Sequence record: DRR723986_2974
Direction: 5' to 3' (one strand)
DNA: 64,000 bases
The position numbers and the translations under genes were made by a program. Under the pieces are notes generated by a model. It ran no database searches, was not told the DNA's origin, and worked only from the letters and a program-made list of their open reading frames with translations. This document shows, in pieces, positions 31,798-39,915 of the stretch (position 1 is the first letter of the stretch; each line of letters begins with the position of its first letter).

Positions 31798-32483
31798 CAG
31801 TGCGCCCCTTCTGCAGTGACGCCCGATGCGCCGCCTTCATTCAGGTCGCCGGCAAAGGTTTCCTGCACGGCATTGCGAATGGCCGTTTCGACCTCGGCAG
31901 GCTCCTTGGCACCGTCGATCACGGCAAATCGGTAGGATTCGCTCCTGGCGAGTTCGAGGAAAAGTTCACGTCTTCGCTGATGGACCTTGAGCTCTTCCCC
32001 TTCGAACCTGTCTGGGCCACCGCTGTCGTCTGTGCGAGAACGTTCCGCTACACGTCCAAGCCCGACTTCTACCGGAACGTCGATGAGGATCGTCAGGTCG
32101 GGATAGATGCCGGCAACCGCAGCCGTTTCCAGCAGTTTCAGATAGTCGCGATCGACGCCCGCCTCGCCCTGATAAACCCAGGTCGAATCGGCGTAGCGGT
32201 CGCAGAGGACCCAGTCGCCTCGCTCCAGCGCCGGTTTGATGGTGGTATCGACGTGGTCTGCGCGTGCCGCCGCAAAAAGCATTGCTTCACCGCGAGGACC
32301 GAGATCCTTTGCGCCGCCAGACAACAGCATTGCACGGATCTTCTCAGCCCCTGGCGAGCCGCCTGGTTCGCGGGTTACGACAACGGATAGCCCCAGACCT
32401 TCAAGATAGGTTTTCAGGCGGGCGATCTGGGTCGATTTTCCGGCCCCCTCGCCACCTTCAAAGGTAATGAAATGTCCTGGCAC
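31797..32483 (-). CDS. tmk: Thymidylate kinase
   Basis: FEGGEGAGKSTQ, TREPGG, CDRY. Confidence 0.95.
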   Translation of the reverse strand: MPGHFITFEGGEGAGKSTQIARLKTYLEGLGLSVVVTREPGGSPGAEKIRAMLLSGGAKDLGPRGEAMLFAAARADHVDTTIKPALERGDWVLCDRYADSTWVYQGEAGVDRDYLKLLETAAVAGIYPDLTILIDVPVEVGLGRVAERSRTDDSGGPDRFEGEELKVHQRRRELFLELARSESYRFAVIDGAKEPAEVETAIRNAVQETFAGDLNEGGASGVTAEGAH

Positions 32484-32557
32484 CCTATCCCGGCTCCGCT
32501 AGTTCTTGTTGGTCTTTGTCACCGGCTTTAGCAGCAATTGCAATCTTTGTGCACCGT

Positions 32558-33763
32558 TTACCCGATCCAGCCGAACAGCAGCTCCTGCAGGCCGTCCAGA
32601 GCCCTGCCGATCATGGTGCCTTCCGCAACAGCGCCACCGGTTACCAATGGAGAGCGGTAGACGATCCCATCCTTGCCGATGACCCGGATTTCGCCAACCT
32701 GCTCTCCAGCGTTGACTGGCGCGGGGAGCGGTCCGTTGTAGATAACGCGTATCCTGTAATCGAGTGTGCCACCTCGCGGCAGCAGCACGTCAACGCTTTT
32801 CTCGGACACCAGCGGAACACTGCTGGTCACACCGCCAAACACCCGACCGTCCGCAACAACATCGCCCGCTGAAAACAATGTCTGAACGGAAAAATACTCC
32901 CAGGCGCCTTCGATGACCTCCTTGAGTGTCTGAAGACGGTGTTTGTCCGACGAAAGACCCGCAACCGCAGCAATAACTCTGCGCCCATTCCTGTCCACCG
33001 AACCGAGGCCGGAATATCCTGATTCTGCATCATTGCCGCCGCCGAGGCCGTCAAGGTTGCGGATTTCACCGAGCAAGGGGTTCTTGTTGCGCTGGAAAAT
33101 CTTGTTCCAGGTGAATTCCGGGATAGCGAACATCGGATAAAGATCCGCGTGGCTCTCCAGAATGTACTCCGCAAGCCTTGCCTGATCACGGACAGTGGTC
33201 TGGCTTGGGACCTCCGGATAGCCAGTCGGGTTGCCGAAGCGGCTGTTCTTCATGCCGATGGATTGCGCGAATTCGTTCATGCGCACAGCAAACGCTTCTT
33301 CGGTCCCGTCCAGGCATTCGGCAAGCACGATGGCGGAATCGTTGCCATTGTGAACCAGCAATCCCTTGAGCAAGTCTTCAACCGAGATATCGGATTTGAT
33401 GGCGGCGAACATTGTGGCACCACGACCCGAGGGAGCGCCGCCGGTTCGCCAGGCGTGTTCGCTGACCTTGCAAGTCTGATCAAGCGAGAGATCGCCTTCT
33501 TTCACAGCCTTGAAAACCGTTGCGGCTGTCATGACCTTGGCGAGAGCGCCGGGAGCGAACGGCTGGTCAGGTTCCTTGGCAAAAAGGATTGTGCCGGAGC
33601 CGGGCTCATAGAGGAAAGCCATCGGAGCTTTCGTCACGATGGTTTCGGCTGCATTCCCTGGGAGAGCGAACGCAGAGACGACAAAAAAAGCAGAAAACGC
33701 CCCTCGCCCTACAAGGCGACGAGACGCTCTCAAAAATCCGGATACAGAATATGCGGAGGCCAT
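32558..33763 (-). CDS. D-Ala-D-Ala carboxypeptidase (S11/PBP5) homolog with degenerate catalytic motifs
   Basis: S11 architecture with PBP5 C-terminal domain and rlpA-dac-tmk synteny; SxxK, SxN and KTG all altered. Confidence 0.85.
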   Translation of the reverse strand: MASAYSVSGFLRASRRLVGRGAFSAFFVVSAFALPGNAAETIVTKAPMAFLYEPGSGTILFAKEPDQPFAPGALAKVMTAATVFKAVKEGDLSLDQTCKVSEHAWRTGGAPSGRGATMFAAIKSDISVEDLLKGLLVHNGNDSAIVLAECLDGTEEAFAVRMNEFAQSIGMKNSRFGNPTGYPEVPSQTTVRDQARLAEYILESHADLYPMFAIPEFTWNKIFQRNKNPLLGEIRNLDGLGGGNDAESGYSGLGSVDRNGRRVIAAVAGLSSDKHRLQTLKEVIEGAWEYFSVQTLFSAGDVVADGRVFGGVTSSVPLVSEKSVDVLLPRGGTLDYRIRVIYNGPLPAPVNAGEQVGEIRVIGKDGIVYRSPLVTGGAVAEGTMIGRALDGLQELLFGWIG

Positions 33764-33837
33764 GAACCGCTTGCCCTATTTATAGATACAGGCGCGGCGT
33801 GTGGAAGAAGCCGGACCTACTCCGGGTTCCGGGCCGA

Positions 33838-35016
33838 TTAGCCGTCGTTTTCCAGTTTGACCACCAGCTCACGCATCGAAAGGCCCGTGTCGGCCACATT
33901 TGAAAGCAGCGAATGCGCGTCGGAAATTCGGCGGTTCGCAGCAAATGAGGAAATTGCACTGCCTGACACGAGACCTGCGGACGTTCCCGGCGCCGGGACG
34001 CGCAGCACGCCGAGTGTTCCTTCCGCGGGCGCAAGACCCGGAGCGGAATAGGCCGATTCGACCGGCTCGAAGCGGTTGTTGGACGCAACTTCGATTGTCG
34101 GCTTGCCGGCTTCGAATGCCTGCGCCGGATCGAAGGCAACCGTCAAGGTTGTCTGCTTCGCCCGGAAAGCCGTAGTCGTGGATGCGGTGGTCAGATAAGG
34201 ACGTGCGCTTGGCGCCGGAACAGCTCCGAATGTGACCTGCGGTGTGATTTGCTGAGGCGCAACCTGCTGCGGTTCGGCCTGTGCCAGCATTGTGCCCGGC
34301 ATTGTCGCGCCAGGTTCGACCGCACCAGGGCCACGGTAAGAGGCCATAAGGAAGCCTTCGTCCTGTCCGTGCAGCGGTGCACGACCGACGTACTCGACCT
34401 TTACCTTGCCGATGCCGGCGCTCTTGGTGCCAAGCATCGTTGCGGCGCGTTCAGAGAGGTCGATCACGCGGTTGCCGTGGAATGGGCCGCGATCATTGAC
34501 GCGAACGATCATCGAGCGTCCGTTTTCCACGTTCGTCACGCGGGCATAGGATGGCAGCGGCATCGTCGTGTGCGCAGCTGTAAGAGAGTTACGGTCGAAA
34601 ACCTCGCCGTTGGCTGTCTTGCGACCATGGAAAGTCGGCCCATACCAGGAAGCCAGACCGGTCTTCTTGTAGTCCGGGTCTTCCTTTGGGTAGTACCACT
34701 TGCCGGCAATCTTGTATTTCTTGCCGACGATATAGCGTCCGCCACCTTTCGGAACGGGTTGGCCTTCAGCAACCATTTTCGGGCTGCCTTTGACACCATA
34801 TTTTTCCGGGCTGAATTTTGATTTCTGCTGCTGCGGCGCGGTGCTGCAGGCTGCCACGGCCGAAACCGCTGCCGCCACAATCAATCCCGTGCGCAACTGG
34901 GCGCTGAGTTTCCGTGCAGGACGCGATTTACCATCAAGCGTCACAGCTGGTTCCCCTGAAGACGTTCCTGCCACCTGGTTTGTCACCCGGCAAGATTTCC
35001 CGCCTATCCCTTGCAT
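33838..35016 (-). CDS. rlpA: RlpA family lytic transglycosylase lipoprotein (start uncertain)
   Basis: Lipobox VAAC, GLASWYG, TAAH.TMPLP, RVNDRGPF. Confidence 0.9.
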   Translation of the reverse strand: MQGIGGKSCRVTNQVAGTSSGEPAVTLDGKSRPARKLSAQLRTGLIVAAAVSAVAACSTAPQQQKSKFSPEKYGVKGSPKMVAEGQPVPKGGGRYIVGKKYKIAGKWYYPKEDPDYKKTGLASWYGPTFHGRKTANGEVFDRNSLTAAHTTMPLPSYARVTNVENGRSMIVRVNDRGPFHGNRVIDLSERAATMLGTKSAGIGKVKVEYVGRAPLHGQDEGFLMASYRGPGAVEPGATMPGTMLAQAEPQQVAPQQITPQVTFGAVPAPSARPYLTTASTTTAFRAKQTTLTVAFDPAQAFEAGKPTIEVASNNRFEPVESAYSAPGLAPAEGTLGVLRVPAPGTSAGLVSGSAISSFAANRRISDAHSLLSNVADTGLSMRELVVKLENDG

Positions 35017-35743
35017 ACTGCCGTCCTACTCACTTACGCGCTGGCGGCCCCGCAGCTCACGCGATCATTCCGGCGTGTGGTTCGGTCCACACCGGTTTTC
35101 AAGGCATTGTTCCGATCTTCAGATCAGTCCCCGCAAGACGCACTAGCCCCCGCTGCACATCCCACATATGCCCTTGTTAAAGCGTAGTTTTATTACTTCA
35201 AAGTAAACTGCCCGTCGAGGCCGCCGCGTTGCCCAATTTCAACTCTCCACCGGATTCAGGCGACCCGAGGTTCATTTCTCAAGGTCTGTTTGTTGTAACA
35301 GTCTGAAATATATCACTAAAAACTGCGTCAATTTGCCTGCTGCCGGCTGTTGCGCACAGGACACAGGTGAGAAGAAATCGTCATTCGGATCAGTTGTGAC
35401 GTACATCACATTCAGACCTGTCAAATCAGCCTAGGGTGAACTCATTGCTGATGACCGCCCTGTCACAGCAATGCTGGACCCCACCTCCAGCTTCGGCCGC
35501 CGGTTCAAAACCCTGCCCACGACACCGGACCGGCGGCCCCTACCCTTTGGCGATGTTCCTGCGCCCGCACTGCCCGTCCTGCCCCTGTGTGCAAGCGGCG
35601 CGGGAACATCCCAAAGGAGCTTGATTTCCCCGCGCATCCACACGATTTCGCCCGCCTGATCTTCATGCTGGTGATTCCGGCTTGACTTTCCGAGTGAGAA
35701 AAAGGAAACGGTTTGCACTGCCGGGTCGCCAAGGCGCCGGCAT

Positions 35744-35833
35744 GGTGAGGTGGCCGAGTGGTTTAAGGCAGCGGTCTTGAAAACCGCCGTGCGTGAGAGC
35801 GTACCGTGGGTTCGAATCCCACCCTCACCGCCA
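35744..35833 (+). tRNA. tRNA-Ser(TGA), prophage integration target
   Basis: GGTGAGG...GCGGT-CT-TGA-AA-ACCGC, long variable arm, TTCGAATC, CCTCACC-G-CCA. Confidence 0.97.
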
Positions 35834-35947
35834 TTTCCCTTTTTCCTGACCTCCCAGACCTTTCCAAAACCGCTTGAATCCTGCCTTCTGGCGTGCAAGC
35901 GTTTTCTCGCATGCTCCCGCCTGTTCCCATTCATACCCACTCATAAA

Positions 35948-35987
35948 CGGGTATCGGAGCGGGTAAGGCGGGTAGAAAAAGCGGGTA
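35948..35987 (+). repeat. Four CGGGTA direct repeats, probable integrase arm-type sites
   Basis: CGGGTA at 35948, 35960, 35969 and 35982, between tRNA and int. Confidence 0.6.
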
Positions 35988-36002
35988 TCGGGCAGGTTCA
36001 GG

Positions 36003-37268
36003 ATGCTGACGGATACAAAGATCAGAAAAACCAAGCCGGGAGACCGGCCGATAAAGCTCACGGATTCGAACGGGCTTTATCTCAACATTAGTCCGACTGG
36101 TGGGAAGGTCTGGCGGTACCGCTACAAGATCGGCGGCAAGGAGAAGCTCCTCACAATTGGCGATTACCCTGATGTCGGATTGGCCGACGCCAGAACGGCC
36201 AGAGACGAGGCCAGGCGCGAGGTCAAGGCTGGGCGTGACCCTTCAGCCCTGAAGAAGCTCGGGCGAGCTCAGGTCGCCTCGGATGGCGAGAACACTTTCC
36301 GGAAGCAGGCCACGGAATGGTTTGAGATCAATAAATCGCAATGGGCAGTGAAACACGCCGCTGATGTCTGGAGGAGCTTCGAGAAGGAGGCATTCCCGGA
36401 TCTGGGAGACAGGCCGGTGAAGGAGATCACCGCTCTCGATGTTCTGGATACACTGAGGAAGGTGGAAACCAGAGGCGCCAAGGATACGGCACGGCGGATC
36501 CGGCAGAGGATCTCGCACGTCTTCCAGTTCTGTATCGCAAAGGGAATCGCCGACACAGATCCGGCCGCCCAGGTCGAGAAGGCCATGGCGCCGATCACTC
36601 GTGGCCGGCAGCCCGCCATCACCAGCAGCCTTGAGGCGATCAGAGAGATCATCGAGCGGGTCGACAACACACCCGGGCATCCTGTCACCAAGCTTGCGAA
36701 CAGGCTTCTTGCCTTGACCGCACTGCGGCCTGGAACGTTGGTGAAGACGCCTTGGGAGGAACTTGAACAGATCGAGGAGGACGATCCGATCTGGGTGGTG
36801 CCGGCGGCTCGCATGAAGCTGCGACAGCACCTCAAGGATGACGAACGGCGAGATCACCTGATCCCGCTGTCTACGCAGGCCGTTGAGACCATCAAGGCAC
36901 TATATACGCTGTCAGGCCGCGGTCCCCTCGCCTTCCCGAACACCAGACATGCTCACAAGCCGATGTCGGAGAACGCGATCGGGTATCTCCTGAATCGCGC
37001 CGGGTACCATCACAAGCATGTTCCGCACGGCTGGAGATCCTCGTTCTCGACGATCATGAACGAGCGGAGACCAGATGACCGGCACATAATCGACTTCGCG
37101 CTCGCGCATGTTCCCAAGGACAAGGTCGAGGCCGCGTACAATCGGGCGCTCTATCTGAAGCAGAGGAAGGAGATCTTGCAGGACTGGGCTGATCTTCTCA
37201 TGACAGGTCAAAAACCGGTTGCAGACCTTCTGAAGCTACCCCGACGCGTGAATAAGAGAGTGTTGTAG
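36003..37268 (+). CDS. int: P4-like tyrosine integrase with N-terminal arm-binding domain
   Basis: LTDTKIRK..KLTD..GLYL; catalytic R (ALRPG), HGWR, LAH, AAY intact. Confidence 0.95.
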   Translation: MLTDTKIRKTKPGDRPIKLTDSNGLYLNISPTGGKVWRYRYKIGGKEKLLTIGDYPDVGLADARTARDEARREVKAGRDPSALKKLGRAQVASDGENTFRKQATEWFEINKSQWAVKHAADVWRSFEKEAFPDLGDRPVKEITALDVLDTLRKVETRGAKDTARRIRQRISHVFQFCIAKGIADTDPAAQVEKAMAPITRGRQPAITSSLEAIREIIERVDNTPGHPVTKLANRLLALTALRPGTLVKTPWEELEQIEEDDPIWVVPAARMKLRQHLKDDERRDHLIPLSTQAVETIKALYTLSGRGPLAFPNTRHAHKPMSENAIGYLLNRAGYHHKHVPHGWRSSFSTIMNERRPDDRHIIDFALAHVPKDKVEAAYNRALYLKQRKEILQDWADLLMTGQKPVADLLKLPRRVNKRVL

Positions 37269-37279
37269 CGTCCAGAGAC

Positions 37280-37609
37280 CTATTTGCGCCCGGAGCCTCT
37301 CCAGACCTCGAGTAACTGAGCTGCTGCCCCCGCTGGGTCTCGGCTTGCACGTATGACGAATACCGCGATGTTTCGGCCCGTCATTGCCAAGATCCCAGCC
37401 ATACCAAAAGCCCAGGATTCGGAAAGGTGAAGCATCTCGCGCACAGGCTCCCCGAACACCAGCGCCGCGATAAACCCGATGAAGAACGTCATGAGACGGT
37501 CGCGGGCAGAAAGGTCTTTTGGAAGAGCCGCGCCGATGGCGGCGAAAAGGGCGACGACGCCGATTTTCGAAAGAGGAAGATGCCAGAGCCAATCAAGAAG
37601 TCTGCTCAT
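37280..37609 (-). CDS. Holin-like multi-TM protein
   Basis: Three hydrophobic segments; ATGA-coupled to o-spanin. Confidence 0.6.
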   Translation of the reverse strand: MSRLLDWLWHLPLSKIGVVALFAAIGAALPKDLSARDRLMTFFIGFIAALVFGEPVREMLHLSESWAFGMAGILAMTGRNIAVFVIRASRDPAGAAAQLLEVWRGSGRK

Positions 37610-37887
37610 TGCCCACCCTCCCCGTGCTGCTGGCATTCTGACTTGGTCCAAACGCCAGCACCGCACAGACCAGCTGCAGTGTTGTCGATTTTTTCCTGAT
37701 CCTGTGGTGTAGCCCCCTTCGCACCGACCAGCGAGGTACCGACGATCTGCCGGGCGCTAAGGCTGAGTTTTGGCTTGTCGGCACTCGTTGTTTGCGAAGT
37801 CCCAAAACATCCCCCGAGGATCATCGAGACAAACACGACGAAGCAGGCGAGCGCGATCTGCCTCGCTCGCGAGTTCATTGATTGCAT
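37606..37887 (-). CDS. o-spanin (Rz1-like lipoprotein)
   Basis: Hydrophobic stretch with lipobox LGGC; overlaps the i-spanin 3' end in another frame. Confidence 0.7.
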   Translation of the reverse strand: MQSMNSRARQIALACFVVFVSMILGGCFGTSQTTSADKPKLSLSARQIVGTSLVGAKGATPQDQEKIDNTAAGLCGAGVWTKSECQQHGEGGQ

Positions 37888-38047
37888 TGTCAGTTTCCTC
37901 TCTTGCTTCTGCGAGAGCTTTTTCTACAGCGGCATCTGTGATCGCAGCGCCGTCTAACCGACCCCAGCCGTAGCCGACGCTGCCGGCGACAAGTGTGGCA
38001 AGGACCGCCGCGCCGATTGACTTAAGATTGGGGAGTCCGAACATCAC
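37757..38047 (-). CDS. i-spanin (Rz-like)
   Basis: N-terminal TM, helical periplasmic part with C-terminal Cys, follows endolysin. Confidence 0.7.
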   Translation of the reverse strand: MMFGLPNLKSIGAAVLATLVAGSVGYGWGRLDGAAITDAAVEKALAEAREETDNAINELASEADRARLLRRVCLDDPRGMFWDFANNECRQAKTQP

Positions 38048-38712
38048 CGGTCCGCCTTACGGCGTCGCATAACGATCACCCCAGCGATCGCGGACGTGAA
38101 TGCCAAGCCGAACAGAACCAGCGGCAGCACAGCGAAGTCGTCAGCCGGTTCAGGACGAGATTTGGCGACAGGCGGCTCAACCGGTGCCGGTTTGGATTTC
38201 GGCTGCGCCTCGACGGTTTCAAGGCCAACTGGGGCGTTTGCCCCTTCGAGGCAAAGCTCGTGCTCAGCTGACCGACGATTGACGAGACCAGTTATGGTCT
38301 TGCCACCGGCCTTGGTGTACCAGGTACCGGCTTCGCAGGCCCCCTTCAGATCGCCGGAATTGAGCCGCTTCGCCGCTGTTGAATTGCAGAACGCGCCGAC
38401 GCCGATGTTATAGGTCAGGCTCACGAACGCGACGTAGGATCGGTCCGGGATCGCGTCGGGGCTCGTCAGGCATGCGCGCATACCTGCCTCATGCTTCCTC
38501 AGCGAGGCCAGCAGCATTGCATCGCATTCTGCCTTGGTGTGCCGGTCACCCATCTGGACGTCGAGAGTTTCACCGTAACAGACAGTCGGCCGCGCCGGTG
38601 ATGCGATCTCATCGAGGTAGGCGGTCAGTCGGAGACCCTCCCATCCCCCTACAAAGATCACAGCAAGCAACGCGGTGGCTCCCGTCAGGCGGGTTTTACG
38701 TCCCATCTTCAA
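38044..38712 (-). CDS. GH24 phage lysozyme with SAR-like N-terminus and C-terminal TM tail
   Basis: EGLRLTAYLD...TVCYGET, YNIGVGAFC.ST, GLVNRR..E. Confidence 0.9.
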   Translation of the reverse strand: MKMGRKTRLTGATALLAVIFVGGWEGLRLTAYLDEIASPARPTVCYGETLDVQMGDRHTKAECDAMLLASLRKHEAGMRACLTSPDAIPDRSYVAFVSLTYNIGVGAFCNSTAAKRLNSGDLKGACEAGTWYTKAGGKTITGLVNRRSAEHELCLEGANAPVGLETVEAQPKSKPAPVEPPVAKSRPEPADDFAVLPLVLFGLAFTSAIAGVIVMRRRKADR

Positions 38713-38932
38713 AATCCTTCTGCTTGGTTACTCGGGCCCAAATCGCCGCGAGCGAAAAAAGGCCCGACAGGAGCTTGAGCCCGAAACTGATCCAAGGCCC
38801 CCACCCAACGGACAGGTCAGCCAGAAGCCCGATGATGGGCTCGATGATGATGACGACGGCAGCTGTCGACGCCATAAGCCAGACGCTCCAGGCCCTTGCC
38901 AGGACCCGGCGCCAGTCAGGTATCAGTTTCAT
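38696..38932 (-). CDS. Holin-like two-TM protein
   Basis: MKLIPDWRRVL.RAWS, two TMs, ARVTKQ; precedes endolysin. Confidence 0.7.
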   Translation of the reverse strand: MKLIPDWRRVLARAWSVWLMASTAAVVIIIEPIIGLLADLSVGWGPWISFGLKLLSGLFSLAAIWARVTKQKDFEDGT

Positions 38933-39071
38933 GATTGATCTCAGTAGTAGGTGGCCAGAGTCTCGATCGGGTCAAAATCTCGGCGCAGCGCGACGGCCGT
39001 CATCGTTTCGCGAACGGCAGCGTTGTTCATAGATCACCTATTTTGGATTTGTCGCCAGTTGTCTTGGCATG

Positions 39072-39096
39072 AAAAAACCCGCCTAAAAGGCGGGTT
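39072..39096 (-). terminator. Rho-independent terminator downstream of methyltransferase
   Basis: Minus strand AACCCGCCT-TTT-AGGCGGGTT plus T-tract. Confidence 0.85.
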
Positions 39097-39145
39097 GAAA
39101 TTCTTCAGTCGTTATCAGATTGAGCTAACTGAAATTAGTTTCAGC

Positions 39146-39796
39146 TTATTCAGGCTTTTCCAGCACAGACACGCAGTCATGATCATTTCTGAAATTCTGC
39201 GCGATCACCAGAAGACCGGCATTCTCGGCAAATGTCGCCATCTTTTGAGGCGTCATATCGGTTCGATGACCGTTTTGCTTCATGCCCTTTCCGGAGTGGT
39301 CAATCCAAATGCGGCCACCCGGGGCGAGAAGCCCGGACATCTGCGATACATAGCCATTGATGATATCAGGATGCATATGCACAGCCGAGTCAAAGCAGAC
39401 GATCAGGGAGAACCCGCGCTCTTCGACCATAGCAAGTGATTGACCGTCGTTTTTGTAAGTCTTCAAGTTCAACGGAAGCTTTGAAAACCGCTCAATGCAG
39501 ATGTCCAAACATGCCTGGTTCATGTCGACCAAAACGAGTTCGCTTGCATAGCGCATCACTTCCGATGTGAACCGCCCGCCACCTGGGGACAGCTCCATGA
39601 TCTTGTGATCATATTTCCCCTTTGTATAAGGGCGCAGGAACCTATCAGCAAAAGAGGCTATTTCGCCAACGTTCCGGCCTTTCACACCTCCCCACGAGTA
39701 ACCATAGCCATCAAAATTCGACCAGTTTTCCGGGTCACCCCACCTAGTGGAATTGTATTCCAAATTTTCTTTGAGCTGATAGACGGATTCTTTCAT
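39146..39796 (-). CDS. Class I SAM-dependent methyltransferase (moron)
   Basis: MELSPGGGRFT motif I, VLVD, FDSAVH, LLAPGG. Confidence 0.85.
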   Translation of the reverse strand: MKESVYQLKENLEYNSTRWGDPENWSNFDGYGYSWGGVKGRNVGEIASFADRFLRPYTKGKYDHKIMELSPGGGRFTSEVMRYASELVLVDMNQACLDICIERFSKLPLNLKTYKNDGQSLAMVEERGFSLIVCFDSAVHMHPDIINGYVSQMSGLLAPGGRIWIDHSGKGMKQNGHRTDMTPQKMATFAENAGLLVIAQNFRNDHDCVSVLEKPE

Positions 39797-39837
39797 GGTG
39801 GATGCCCCAATCAATTAGACGATAGAATTGTCGAGGA

Positions 39838-39866
39838 GTATTAAGGCAGCCACCGCCTACGTTCAA
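39838..39866 (-). promoter_or_regulatory. Putative sigma70 promoter of methyltransferase
   Basis: TTGAAC-N17-TAATAC on minus strand. Confidence 0.55.
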
Positions 39867-39915
39867 CAACAAACGGCTCTCAATGAAATCCGACGTTACC
39901 TAGACAAAGCGCCCT

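Noticed and set aside
35812-35833. attR duplicate of the tRNA-Ser 3' end
   Set aside because: No second copy seen; prophage runs beyond the window, so the att core cannot be defined
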